From Eledone cirrhosa (taxonomy: Eukaryota), in the NCBI GenBank assembly GCA_964016885.1, contig OZ024741.1, forward strand, positions 411,804,001-411,868,000: DNA of 64,000 nt, written 5' to 3'. Positions 62,610-64,000 of the stretch are shown one piece after another. Each line of letters opens with the position of its first letter. The first letter of the stretch is position 1. Both the position numbers and the translations under genes were made by a program. The notes under the pieces were generated by a model. That model was not told where the DNA came from. It saw only the letters and a program-made list of their open reading frames with translations, and did not search any database.

Positions 62610-64000
62610 AATGGTTTCATTTATTGGCCACAAGGGCCGACATATAGGGGACAATACAAAAGACAGGGACAGTGGGGTTTTACAGAAAAATCGAGTAAAC
62701 AATATGAATAAACAAAGTAACAATAACAAAGTAACAGTAAAGTAACAATAAAATTACAACAAGAAAAAAAATTCCCCAATAGGGGGGATGACCACCCAGG
62801 GTTCGCTCAGGTACCCCACCAATCCTGAACGACTCGACGCTTCGAGAGCACCCTGGAAGGGCACCTCTCTCCACTTCAAATTTACCTACCTACAGCCGCA
62901 TGACCAGAGTAGGCCCACTCACACGGGCCATTCTCACCACATTGACCCACCTTTCAGTAAATCTACTGGGGGACAGCACTTCTCTCTCCACCCTCACCTT
63001 CCTTTCCAAGTGAAACTTGAAAAAGTTGATGAGGGATTGGCCGCAGAGAAAAGTGTCTGTATTCAGTCCTTTCAACCTCGTCCACCATATAACCTCTTTC
63101 GCTACTGCCACCAGACAGAGGAAAATTGCCTGCCCTTCCTGGCCAAAAGAAGGCGGCGGGTCGATCTTCACTATGGACTCGGCCGATAGCCGGATCCGTT
63201 CTACACGCGACAACAGCTGTTCAACATAACTCCACAAGTCAGTAATGCACGGACACTGGACGAGTGCGTGCAGAACGGTTTCGTCGATCTGCGCGCATCT
63301 CGGGCAGGTCCGTCTGACAGCACTTCCGTGCCTGTAGAGTTTATCTCGAACCGGCAGTGCCCCCCGGTAGCACTGCCAAGCGAAGGATTTTTGGAAATTA
63401 TCCATCGTCCCCGGCTCGAAAGTCCTCCGGTACAGACTGGTTAGTTCGACTTCGTTGACTCCCAGAGCCTCTCCTAGTGCGTCGTCGCACTTGCCCACCA
63501 CTAATCCTCTATAGAATTCGAGAGTGGAAGTCCCACTGATCGCATTGCCCGCCTGGTAGAGGGCAGTGAGTGCCTGGCAACATTCCAGATGCCAGTCACC
63601 CAGTCTCGGTCTCTTCTTGACCCAGGACTGCAACTCATTCAAAGAAACGTGCTGCGGAAAGACCCGTCTGACAAACGGCGACCACACCTGTTCACCGTTT
63701 AGGCAGAATATCTAGAGATGCCGCAGCCTCAGCGCGTGCCTGCGCATCATTAGCCACGGCTTGCCCAGCCCTCCACGTAGAGGGTGCTGGCAGCAGATGG
63801 ACCGCCTCACCAGCGGAACCTGACCCCTCCACAAGAATTTGAAGAGGAGCCGCTCCAAGATGGCGAGGCGCGAACGGGGGCAAGGGACGACAGTCAGACG
63901 GTAGTAGATGACGGACGCGATGTACGCGTTCGCCACCTCCGCCCGACCTTTCAGTGATAGCTTCATCCCAGCCCATTTCTGGGTGTGACTGACTAACCTG
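62610..64000 (-). mobile_element. L1/Tx1-clade LINE 3' end (ORF2 C-terminus and 3' UTR), runs off the window
   Basis: LSLKGR, FLWRG, GGLG-P and zf-RVT-type FAWQCYRGALPVRDKL...CPRC...ETVLHALVQC; frameshift at ~63700; AATAAA at 62620-62625 (minus). Confidence 0.9.

Overview
Eukaryotic, repeat-rich genomic DNA. The RTE/SINE/Helitron repertoire and the (TA)n/(CAT)n density suggest an octopus-like mollusc (inference). The only host gene is the 3' half of NOA1 (mitochondrial circularly permuted GTPase): five + strand exons between 29226 and 46657 with consistent splice phases. The first ~24 kb is two tandem arrays (62-bp, about 349 copies with higher-order structure; then 38/44-bp), both amplified from adjacent pieces of one RTE LINE 3' end and probably lying in a NOA1 intron. 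The rest is nested mobile DNA: several RTE fragments, tRNA-derived SINEs, a hAT MITE, fold-back MITEs, two Helitron-derived elements, a decayed Gypsy element with both LTRs, a 1.9-kb non-coding LTR element, a Penelope-like element with a long inverted arm, a Tx1/L1 3' end and further minisatellites. The most notable signals are: (1) LINE-born satellites; (2) a non-autonomous LTR element whose PBS extends 32 nt into tRNA-Trp with a substitution at A58, followed by a second PBS; (3) two LTR elements sharing the TSD TGTC and non-CA termini; (4) the inverted, internally deleted Penelope arm and minimal hammerhead motifs. All alignments were done by eye; no database searches were run.
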